The position numbers were made by a program, and so were the translations under genes. Shown piece after piece: positions 41,813-49,934 of a stretch of 64,000 bases of DNA. This DNA is from Armatimonadota bacterium. GTDB taxonomy: Bacteria; Armatimonadota; Fimbriimonadia; Fimbriimonadales; Fimbriimonadaceae. The first letter of the stretch is position 1. The number at the start of each line of letters is the position of its first letter. The stretch covers positions 1 to 64,000 of the forward strand of contig JANNQV010000058.1 of assembly GCA_031400935.1 (NCBI GenBank), in the 5' to 3' direction. Below the pieces are notes generated by a model, which saw only the letters and a list, made by a program, of their open reading frames with translations, was not told the DNA's origin and did no database searches.

Positions 41813-42017
41813 AGCGGCAGACCTCCTGCGATATCGGGCGGGATTATACCTGTGAACTGACCCTTACCTGGTAATTGACCAGGCGCCCCATGAATTCAGT
41901 TCTCCCTCTGTCAAAGTCAACATAAACTTTTCAATGGGAGTTCCATTTCACATTTGATCACTTGCACACATTGTGCCAGTTCCATTCAAGGACGGGCAAA
42001 GGGACAAAAATTCAGGC

Positions 42018-42063
42018 AAAAAAATGCAGGAACGCTGAAAGGAGAGCAAAGCACGTTCCTGCA
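42018..42063 (-). terminator. Rho-independent terminator (possible sRNA 3' end)
   Basis: TGCAGGAACG/CGTTCCTGCA 10-bp stem followed by T7 on the minus strand. Confidence 0.75.
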
Positions 42064-42207
42064 AGGCTTCATCCAAGGCTTGGCTGCTCATGTTTGTTTC
42101 GGCAACCTCAGACTCTTGTCGTTTCAATACTATACAGCACGAAACGCCGCCAGACACGCTTTTTTGCAAAATAGTTCGATTTTTTTCTATATTTTTGCAA
42201 TTTCCCT

Positions 42208-42804
42208 TCAAATGGCACGTGAAGCACTCACGAAATCTCGAATTTTTTTATGATCTTTGTGTCCTGGCGATGACTCTACACCTGAGCTCACATCCACACC
42301 AAACGGATTTACGAGTCGAATCGCATCTGCAACATTGTCTGGAGTGAGCCCGCCCGCTAAGAAAACTCGAATTCCCTCAAGCTTTTTGACGATTTTCGCC
42401 GCAACGCTCCAATCCATGGTTTTCCCAGTGCCGCCAAAAGCGCTAGGATCATAAGCATCCAGCACAATTGCATCTCCAGCCCTGACATTCATCTGAAAAC
42501 TGTCCTGCCCTGCATCGCCGATCCTTAACACTTGAAAGTGACGCATATCGGTAGGAGGAAGCCGATTCCATTCCACCGATTGAACAACGTCGAATTCAGG
42601 CGACGGATCGTCGCGAAAATCGCCGTAAACAGCAACTTTGGGTACTGGCAAATCAGCCAGCCAATCTGGTGCCCAGTTTGCTGAACCCACAAATCTTGGG
42701 CTGCCAGGCTCAAAGACAAATCCTATATAGTCGGCACCGGCATCTAGTGCGGCTTTTGCATCCTCAAATCGCGTTAGACCGCAAATCTTGACGGCTACTG
42801 CCAA
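42208..42804 (-). CDS. trpF: Phosphoribosylanthranilate isomerase
   Basis: VKICGLT, SPRFV, FGGTG, LAGGLTPDNV, DVSSGVE. Confidence 0.96.
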   Translation of the reverse strand: MAVAVKICGLTRFEDAKAALDAGADYIGFVFEPGSPRFVGSANWAPDWLADLPVPKVAVYGDFRDDPSPEFDVVQSVEWNRLPPTDMRHFQVLRIGDAGQDSFQMNVRAGDAIVLDAYDPSAFGGTGKTMDWSVAAKIVKKLEGIRVFLAGGLTPDNVADAIRLVNPFGVDVSSGVESSPGHKDHKKIRDFVSASRAI

Positions 42805-43580
42805 TTCATTACCTCTCGAACCCTTCCTTCAATATCAGTGGAAGAGCAAAATGCAGTCCCAATCAACACTGAGTTGGCTCCAGCGCTTTGAACTCTCCGA
42901 ATGTCGTTTTTTGAAGACAGGGCGCTTTCGCTAACGATGTGGCACTTGCCTTTGAGAATCGGCGTAACTCGTTCAGTCACGGACAAATCCGTAAGAAATG
43001 TTCCTAAGTCCCGGTTGTTGATTCCGACCAAATCCGCGCTAAGTGCCAGAGCAATTTCTGCCTCTGCTTCAGAATGAACTTCGACGAGCACATCGAGGTT
43101 CAGGCCGATCGCTTCAAGTCGCAATTCAGAAATCTGAGTTGGTTCCAGCATTGCTACGATCAACAAAACTGCATCCGCTCCCAATGCTCGGGATTCATAC
43201 AGTTGATACGGATCGTAAATGAAATCCTTTCGAAGCACGGGCAAACCGGAGGCATTTTTACAAATCGCTATGTATTCAGATTTCCCACCAAAGAATTTTT
43301 CGTCGGTCAGAACAGAGAGACAGTCCGCCCCAGCGTTTCGATACGCCAATGCAGTTTCTGCCGGATCGAAGTTATTCCGTATTGTCCCTTGGGATGGGCT
43401 GGCTTTCTTTACTTCTGCAATCAATGAAACTTCGTGTCCGCCGTTCTTTAGCGCCTTTAGAAATCCTCTCGTGGGCTCACATTCTAGCGCCAACTCCTTT
43501 AATCTGCTGAGCGGCAACGCTAGATTCGCAGCTTCAACTTCCTGGCGTTTCCATTCAAATATCTCTTGAAGCTTGTTCAC
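42795..43580 (-). CDS. trpC: Indole-3-glycerol-phosphate synthase
   Basis: IAEVKKASPS, SVLTD, LRKDF, LVEVH, GINNRDL. Confidence 0.97.
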   Translation of the reverse strand: MNKLQEIFEWKRQEVEAANLALPLSRLKELALECEPTRGFLKALKNGGHEVSLIAEVKKASPSQGTIRNNFDPAETALAYRNAGADCLSVLTDEKFFGGKSEYIAICKNASGLPVLRKDFIYDPYQLYESRALGADAVLLIVAMLEPTQISELRLEAIGLNLDVLVEVHSEAEAEIALALSADLVGINNRDLGTFLTDLSVTERVTPILKGKCHIVSESALSSKNDIRRVQSAGANSVLIGTAFCSSTDIEGRVREVMNWQ

Positions 43581-44587
43581 GAACGATTAGTCTCCTGCAC
43601 AAACTGATTGAGCATATTGATTGCGTTTCCAGAACCTATTGATTCCTTAGCCATAGCTCCGGCTTCTGCGAATGTGTCCGCTCTTCCTGATACCCAAATT
43701 CCTGCGGATGCAGAAGGCAAGATTGCTCTTGCCCAAATTGAATCAACTTCGGACAATGCCATTCTTACCTTCTCTGCCGAATCGGAAGGAGACCATTCGC
43801 CAACGATTTGATCTTTGTCAACCTCCTCAACATCCCATGAACTAGGCGCGAAAGATTGAATGCTGGATTCGTTTCCTTCTACGACCCTCGCATGAGTTAC
43901 GCCAAAAGGTGCCATTTCGTCAAGGCCCTCGCCATGGAACACCATCGCCCGATCAACTCCAAGTTCGACAAGAGCTTCCGCCATAGGATCGAGTAGCGAT
44001 TCTGAATAAACGCCGATCACTTGCCTCCGAACTCCTGCGGGGTTTGCCAACGGCCCAAGCTGATTGAATATAGTGCGGAATCCTAGAGCCTTTCGAACAG
44101 GACCAACTGCTAGCATTGCTGGATGGTGGTTTGGAGCGAAGTGAAATGCGATTCCAACGTCATCAATGAGCCGTGCAAGTTCGATTGGGTCTGGTGAAAG
44201 TTTTGCTCCGAGAGCTTCCAAGACATCTGCACTTCCACACTTGCTGGTTACCGCTCGATTGCCATGCTTGGCGACTGGGATTCCATCGCCAGCAACGACA
44301 AATGCAGCCGCAGTGGAGATATTGAAAGTAGGTAGCCCGCCCCCTGTTCCGCAAGTATCAACTAGCCCGGTGGCTTTCGGCAAGACTGGAATACACCTCG
44401 ATCTAAGCTCCTTTGCGAACGCTGCAATTTCACTTCCCGAAGGACCTTTCGCCTGCATAGCCGTCAAAAATGAGGCCACTTCTATTTCCGACCAGGTTTG
44501 ATCGAAAATAGCTTTTGCGGCCTCATGGGCGGAATCGCCGAGATCCTCTTGATTCAACAGCCTTTGGATTGCATCACGAAATTCCAC
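43577..44587 (-). CDS. trpD: Anthranilate phosphoribosyltransferase
   Basis: DTCGTGG, FNISTAAA, KHGNRAVTSKCGSADVLE, RTIFNQLGPLANP. Confidence 0.97.
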   Translation of the reverse strand: MEFRDAIQRLLNQEDLGDSAHEAAKAIFDQTWSEIEVASFLTAMQAKGPSGSEIAAFAKELRSRCIPVLPKATGLVDTCGTGGGLPTFNISTAAAFVVAGDGIPVAKHGNRAVTSKCGSADVLEALGAKLSPDPIELARLIDDVGIAFHFAPNHHPAMLAVGPVRKALGFRTIFNQLGPLANPAGVRRQVIGVYSESLLDPMAEALVELGVDRAMVFHGEGLDEMAPFGVTHARVVEGNESSIQSFAPSSWDVEEVDKDQIVGEWSPSDSAEKVRMALSEVDSIWARAILPSASAGIWVSGRADTFAEAGAMAKESIGSGNAINMLNQFVQETNRS

Positions 44588-44610
44588 AAGTTCAAGAGTC
44601 TATCTGAATA

Positions 44611-44724
44611 TTTGGGAGTGCGCGGGCTTGACCGCGCTTTTCCAGTATCTTTGACAAAACTTTAGGTTCAAAAACGAATTCTCACTTGAAAAACAAGGCG
44701 CGGTCAAGCACGCACACTCCCAAA
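44611..44724. repeat. Inverted-repeat element (family B), second copy
   Basis: TTTGGGAGTGCGCGGGCTTGACCGCGC ... GCGCGGTCAAGCACGCACACTCCCAAA. Confidence 0.85.
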
Positions 44725-44747
44725 CGATCCGAGGTAAAGTATTTCCC

Positions 44748-45173
44748 ATGGACGGCGAGTATCTCGGCATCTTGATAGGCATTTTAGTTGCCGCCGTAAT
44801 TTCAGGTGCTATGGTCACCCTCAGTTGGTTTTTGGGGCCGAAGAAAAGGACGCCATACAAGAATTCACCCTACGAATGTGGAGTTCAGCCCATTGAAGGA
44901 GCCAAAGAACGCTTCCCGATTAAGTTTTATTTGGTTGCGATTCTCTTTGTGCTTTTCGATATAGAAGTTGTTTTTCTCTGGGGTTGGATGACCGTTTTTC
45001 GAAGCGAAAGCCTAGAATTTCAACGCTTCAGTTTTATCGAAATGGTGATTTACATGTCCACATGGATTCTGGGTTACATATACGCTTTGCGCGTCAACGC
45101 AATTGATTGGGACGAAACAATTTCCCTGTCAAGCAAGCATGACGAGATTCAAGTTGGGGAGCAAGCAGCATGA
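44748..45173 (+). CDS. nuoA: NADH-quinone oxidoreductase subunit A
   Basis: PYECG, FYLVAILFVLFDIEVVFL. Confidence 0.95.
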   Translation: MDGEYLGILIGILVAAVISGAMVTLSWFLGPKKRTPYKNSPYECGVQPIEGAKERFPIKFYLVAILFVLFDIEVVFLWGWMTVFRSESLEFQRFSFIEMVIYMSTWILGYIYALRVNAIDWDETISLSSKHDEIQVGEQAA

Positions 45174-45757
45174 GCCAATCCATTGCACGTCCCGAAATTG
45201 CTCTTGTCGAGAAGAGATTTGGCAAAGGACTTTTAAAGTCAAAAACTGAACTCGGAAATGCGTTTCTTTGCATTGAAACCGAGATTGTTCCAGCCGTAAT
45301 TGAATTCTTAAAGGAAGAATGCGGATACGACTATTTCTCCGAATGTCTCGGCGTAGATTACAGTACTTGGACAGGAGAGCGTGACTTTTTCAATCGCTTT
45401 GAGGTGATCTACAACCTGATGTCAACCACAACGTATGAGCGAATTTTTGTAAAAGCTGGAGTGGATGACGGTCAAACGATCCCAACCTGCAAACATATCT
45501 TTTTGGGTGCCGAATATCCCGAGCGAGAAATCAACGACATGTTTGGGATTGTCTTTGCAGGCAACGAGCAAACGACTCGTTTTCTTCTGCCTGATGACTG
45601 GGTTGGCTTCCCGCTTCGCAAAGAATTTCCGTTGGGTGGCGAAGAAGTCCTGTTCGACCAAGGCGACCGAGGTCCAGCCGTTGCGGATTTGTCAATGCCT
45701 CATGCAGGGGAGAGTTTTGAAGGGAAAACGGGGACTGAGGATATCGGGGGAAGGTAG
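45170..45757 (+). CDS. nuoC: NADH-quinone oxidoreductase subunit C
   Basis: GVDY, RFEVIYNL, EREINDMFGIVF, GFPLRKEFPL. Confidence 0.93.
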   Translation: MSQSIARPEIALVEKRFGKGLLKSKTELGNAFLCIETEIVPAVIEFLKEECGYDYFSECLGVDYSTWTGERDFFNRFEVIYNLMSTTTYERIFVKAGVDDGQTIPTCKHIFLGAEYPEREINDMFGIVFAGNEQTTRFLLPDDWVGFPLRKEFPLGGEEVLFDQGDRGPAVADLSMPHAGESFEGKTGTEDIGGR

Positions 45758-45832
45758 GGACGGTTGTTGGTTGCCGGAGATATCAGTCCAACTTGTCCTA
45801 CGTGTGCCAAAAAACCCAAAACCCAAGAATAA

Positions 45833-45877
45833 TGGAGCCACTTTGGGGAATCGAACCCCAGACCTATTCTTTACGAA
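45833..45877 (-). mobile_element. att site: displaced 3' half of tRNA-Thr(CGT)
   Basis: Minus strand TTCGTAA-AGAAT-AGGTC-TGGGGTTCGATTCCCCA-AAGTGGC-TCCA; no matching 5' anticodon stem, D arm or acceptor strand upstream. Confidence 0.85.
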
Positions 45878-46206
45878 TAAACAGCAGAGGCTCAATTTAC
45901 TCAGAATTGAACCTAGTTCGATCTTCTTAAGGATGTGTAATCTAGGCTGATCCTTCTTGATTCTGTGTAGAATTCTGTGTAATTATCGAGCCTTGGAGGA
46001 CTCAGGCTAGGCCTAAGTCGCTTCCCGGTTAGTAGCAGAGTCGAGACCTCATTTCATCCCAAGCACCTTTATTCTGCTATTCCAGATCATGCTAGTAAAG
46101 GATGGTACAGAGCTGACTAGTCAGTCCTTGACAAGCATTTGATCTGGAACACTTGGCTCATTTGCATTGGGATGGAAAGATAATTTGCCAAAAGTCCCAT
46201 GAAGTA

Positions 46207-46236
46207 TTGACAAGCATAACCTTGAGTTGATATAGT
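46207..46236 (+). promoter_or_regulatory. Sigma70 promoter of the DUF2130 gene/operon
   Basis: TTGACA-N18-TATAGT. Confidence 0.65.
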
Positions 46237-46344
46237 AGAGGGCTTTAACAAAGGTGCTTACCGAAAGGTTCATGAATCTGCATTCCCGCAGTGCCACCTC
46301 ACCAAAAGACAGTGCCGAGGCACTTTAATCAAAGAGGAATAACT

Positions 46345-47607
46345 ATGCAGAACCAAACAATATCTTGTCCCAAGTGTGGCAATGAATTCGAACTGAGTGA
46401 ATCCTTTGCCCACCCTATCCTTGAAGCTGCTAGGGCTGAGTATGAGGGCCAACTTCAGAAAGCCAAAGATGAAGCTACCAAAGCTAAGGATGATCTAGCC
46501 AAAGAAAAGTCAGCTATTGAAACTCAAAAGGCACAGCTTGAAACCCTTATTGCTAAAGGGGTTGCTGACAAAAGAGTTGATCTTGAAAAGTCCATTCGGG
46601 AGGAACTTCAAGTTGGTATTGATGCCGATGTGAAGGCTAAAGACACTAGAATCCAGAAGTTGATTTCTGATCTCGGCATAGCTAAAGCAGAACAACTGAA
46701 GCTTGAGCAGACTAAGCAAGACCTTGAACTAAAGGCCAGTTCGATTGAGCTAGAAATTACAAAAGGTGTCAATTCAAAGTTGGGAGATCTCAAAGCTCAA
46801 GCAACAAAGGATGCTGAGGAAAGTTATAAATTCAAAATAGCTGAACTGGAAAAGAAACTCACTGACACAACTGGAAAACTGGATGAAGCAAAGAAGAAGG
46901 CAGAGCAGGGTTCCCAGCAACTTCAAGGAGAAGTTCTAGAACTTGATTTTGAAGCTTCACTTACTCAAGCATTTCCTTGGGATTCCATTGAAGAGGTCAA
47001 GAAAGGACAACGTGGAGCTGACTGCCTTCAAGCAGTCATGTCAAACGTGAATCTAAGAGCTGGGACAATCCTTTGGGAAACCAAGAGAGCACAGTCCTGG
47101 GGTGGAGATTGGATCAAGAAACTCAAGGCAGACAGCAGAGAAGCAAAGGCAGATATTGCTGTTATCGTTTCAGACGTACTCCCCCAAGGAAATGACTCAT
47201 TTGGACTTGTTGACGGAGTTTGGGCAGTTAAGCAATCCATGGCCATTCCTCTTGCACATGCACTAAGGGAATCAATTCTCAAGACAGCAGAAGCAAGAAA
47301 TGCTGCAGAAGGAAAGCAGACTAAGGCAGGGATTATCTACGACTATGTTACTGGTCCAGAATTCAGAGCCAGGTTAGAAGGGATAGCAGAACCATTCAAG
47401 CAAATGCAATCAGACCTGATCTCAGAAAGACGAGTTGCAGATCAGAGATTTGCCAAGAGGCAGAAGCAAATGGACCTTGTTCTCAAAGCATGTTTTGGCA
47501 TGGTCGGAGATCTTCAAGGAATAGCTGGCAAGGACCTAGCTGAACTGGAAGCAATTGAACTGAGAGCACTTGAATCTGGGATTGATTCAGAGGAGGAAGG
47601 GCAGTGA
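46345..47607 (+). CDS. DUF2130 domain protein (zinc ribbon, coiled coil, nuclease-like C-terminus)
   Basis: ISCPKCG, long coiled coil, GSQQLQGEVLE, FPWDSIEEVKKGQRGAD, ILWETKRAQSW...W; GAGG RBS. Confidence 0.85.
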   Translation: MQNQTISCPKCGNEFELSESFAHPILEAARAEYEGQLQKAKDEATKAKDDLAKEKSAIETQKAQLETLIAKGVADKRVDLEKSIREELQVGIDADVKAKDTRIQKLISDLGIAKAEQLKLEQTKQDLELKASSIELEITKGVNSKLGDLKAQATKDAEESYKFKIAELEKKLTDTTGKLDEAKKKAEQGSQQLQGEVLELDFEASLTQAFPWDSIEEVKKGQRGADCLQAVMSNVNLRAGTILWETKRAQSWGGDWIKKLKADSREAKADIAVIVSDVLPQGNDSFGLVDGVWAVKQSMAIPLAHALRESILKTAEARNAAEGKQTKAGIIYDYVTGPEFRARLEGIAEPFKQMQSDLISERRVADQRFAKRQKQMDLVLKACFGMVGDLQGIAGKDLAELEAIELRALESGIDSEEEGQ

Positions 47608-47670
47608 TTGAGCAGCCTGATTCTGCATTTCATTTAGAGCTTCATCTGAACTTATTTATTTGGGTGCCGA

Positions 47671-49887
47671 ATGATTAAGAAGATCTCTCAAATACGAGAT
47701 TTTGGAGTTTTCCAGGACTTTGAATGGAATGGACTGCCAGACTTGAAGCACCTCAATGTCATCTATGGTTGGAACTACTCTGGCAAGACAACACTAGCGA
47801 GAATTCTACATACTTTCAATTCTAAGGCAAATCCTGGTGACCTCGCTAATGGCTACTGTGAGCTTGAATGGTCCCAAGGCAATTGCTCCAGCAACGGATA
47901 CAGCAATTCTCCAAGTATTTATGTTTTCGACCTGAATTTCATTAAGGCAAACATTTCCTTTGACGAAACTGCAGCACAACCACTGCTAGTTTTGAGCGAG
48001 AGGGATAAAGATACAGAAGAGAAAATCTCGAATTGCAAGGAGAAACTGCAGGGAATTGCGCTTCAAATCAAATTGATCGAGGGCCAGCGCAATGCACTAC
48101 TAAGTAGCCTTGAACAAGCTGCGACTACAGCTGCTTCAAACATAAAGAACACACTTGGTTTGCCGAACTTCTTTCGGCCAAACCTAGAGCAACATGTACC
48201 ATTGGTAAATAAATCACCAACATCCTTTGTTTTGAGTGAGACTGCTTATGATACTGCGTTTGCGACTTACAAGAACCTGGAAAACAAAGAAGTCCTTGAG
48301 CCCATTTCAACTAGCAATATTGGAATTGAAGGCCTTTTGAACACGACAAACTCGCTGATTATTCAAGCAGTCGAGTCGGTCACACTTACTAGAATTAGCG
48401 AAATTCCTTCTGTACAGTCGTGGGTAAATGAAGGGAGAGAACTTCACGTCGACGTAGTGAATTGTCACTTTTGCGGACAGCCACTGCCTGATGAACTGCT
48501 GGAGTCGTTAGCCAAACACTTTTCTGAAGCATATCAGGAGTTGATTCAAAACTTAAAGGATATTGAGCGGAAAATAACGGCCCACATAACCATGGAGCCG
48601 TCGATCCCAGCAAAGGCGTTCTTCTTCAACGACTTACAAGTTTTGTATGATCAACTGAAAACTCAGATTTTGGAATTATTCAAGGCACAAGCCGAAGCAC
48701 TGGCACCACTATATGAAGTAGTCAGTTTAAAGCTAAACGACCCATTCAAGATCTTGAATGCAATTGAAGTCGGAGATTTCACAACTGAAATTGTTGCTTC
48801 GATTGTTGAGCTGAATGCAATTATCACTCAGCACAATCTCAGAGCCGCAGATGTCGAAGTGCATCGTCAGAAAGCTCTTCTTGACCTGATTCTACATTAC
48901 GTCGCAATCTATGTGATCGACAACAAATATCAAAAAGTTACGGATGATGCAGCAGACCTCAATCTGAAGATTAACGAGCATAGAGCCTTAGAGAAGGAAC
49001 TGCTTGCTGAGTTGGCTAGATTGGAGGCCATAGATTCTCCCGTTGAAAAGGCTGTTGGGCAACTGAATGTCCTGCTGAAATCTTATTTTGATGGCTATAG
49101 GATTTATCTGCAAGCTTCCTCTCCAAGAAATTGGATCATTGTAAGGAATGGTGAGGTCGCAACATCACTGAGTGAAGGCGAGAAAACTGGAATCGCCTTT
49201 TGCTACTTTTTGATCTTCCTCGGCAATCCCGCAATTAAGCTATCTGAAAGTACAGTTGTATTTGATGATCCGATCTCCAGCCTTGATGCAAACCACTTGT
49301 ATCACGTCTATTCTATGATAAAGGATTTCAGCAGTGATTGTAAGCAAACAATTGTATTGACTCACAACTTCGAATTCCTACAGCTAATACTAGATTGGTT
49401 CAATGGGGTCAACAAACTACACTCGGGGCAAGGCCTTGATGGGGTTCCATCATGGTCAGCACTTTATGTTGAACGGTTAGAAGAAAGTAGATCAGTTTTG
49501 ATTCGAATGCCACCACAAATGCTCTTTCAAAAGAGTGATTATTATTACTTATTCATGAAAATACATAACCTCGCAAAATCACGGATCATTCAAGCCGAAG
49601 AGTCCAATCAGATTGCAAACACTATCAGGCGTTTCATAGAAGCTTATCTGAAGCTCTTTACAACGTATGGCGGCAAGCTTAGTGAGAGGATTGCACAATT
49701 GATTGACGACGGAGTTGATGCTGGAAGAGTCTCAAAATTTGTGGATGAAAAGTCACACCTACAGAAGCTACATGTCATCTCAGGGTCATCCAGTGATCCA
49801 GAAAGCAAGGCGGTTGCCAGAATCGTTCTCGATACGATTGAAAAGAAGAATCCTGCTCATTTTGAAACATTGATGGCTACTCTATAG
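47671..49887 (+). CDS. RloC-like AAA_13 ABC-ATPase with zinc hook and HEPN anticodon-nuclease domain
   Basis: IYGWNYSGKTT, CHFCGQ zinc hook, LSEGEK signature, VFDDPISSLD, LTHN, ANTIRRFIE and EKSH. Confidence 0.8.
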   Translation: MIKKISQIRDFGVFQDFEWNGLPDLKHLNVIYGWNYSGKTTLARILHTFNSKANPGDLANGYCELEWSQGNCSSNGYSNSPSIYVFDLNFIKANISFDETAAQPLLVLSERDKDTEEKISNCKEKLQGIALQIKLIEGQRNALLSSLEQAATTAASNIKNTLGLPNFFRPNLEQHVPLVNKSPTSFVLSETAYDTAFATYKNLENKEVLEPISTSNIGIEGLLNTTNSLIIQAVESVTLTRISEIPSVQSWVNEGRELHVDVVNCHFCGQPLPDELLESLAKHFSEAYQELIQNLKDIERKITAHITMEPSIPAKAFFFNDLQVLYDQLKTQILELFKAQAEALAPLYEVVSLKLNDPFKILNAIEVGDFTTEIVASIVELNAIITQHNLRAADVEVHRQKALLDLILHYVAIYVIDNKYQKVTDDAADLNLKINEHRALEKELLAELARLEAIDSPVEKAVGQLNVLLKSYFDGYRIYLQASSPRNWIIVRNGEVATSLSEGEKTGIAFCYFLIFLGNPAIKLSESTVVFDDPISSLDANHLYHVYSMIKDFSSDCKQTIVLTHNFEFLQLILDWFNGVNKLHSGQGLDGVPSWSALYVERLEESRSVLIRMPPQMLFQKSDYYYLFMKIHNLAKSRIIQAEESNQIANTIRRFIEAYLKLFTTYGGKLSERIAQLIDDGVDAGRVSKFVDEKSHLQKLHVISGSSSDPESKAVARIVLDTIEKKNPAHFETLMATL

Positions 49888-49934
49888 GAACAGGTCAACC
49901 TAAACAAACTGGAACTGAGTAAAACAAGGATCGT

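Noticed and set aside
45833..45910. Intact tRNA gene
   Set aside because: Only the anticodon loop through CCA is present; the 5' half cannot be folded, so it is treated as an att remnant.
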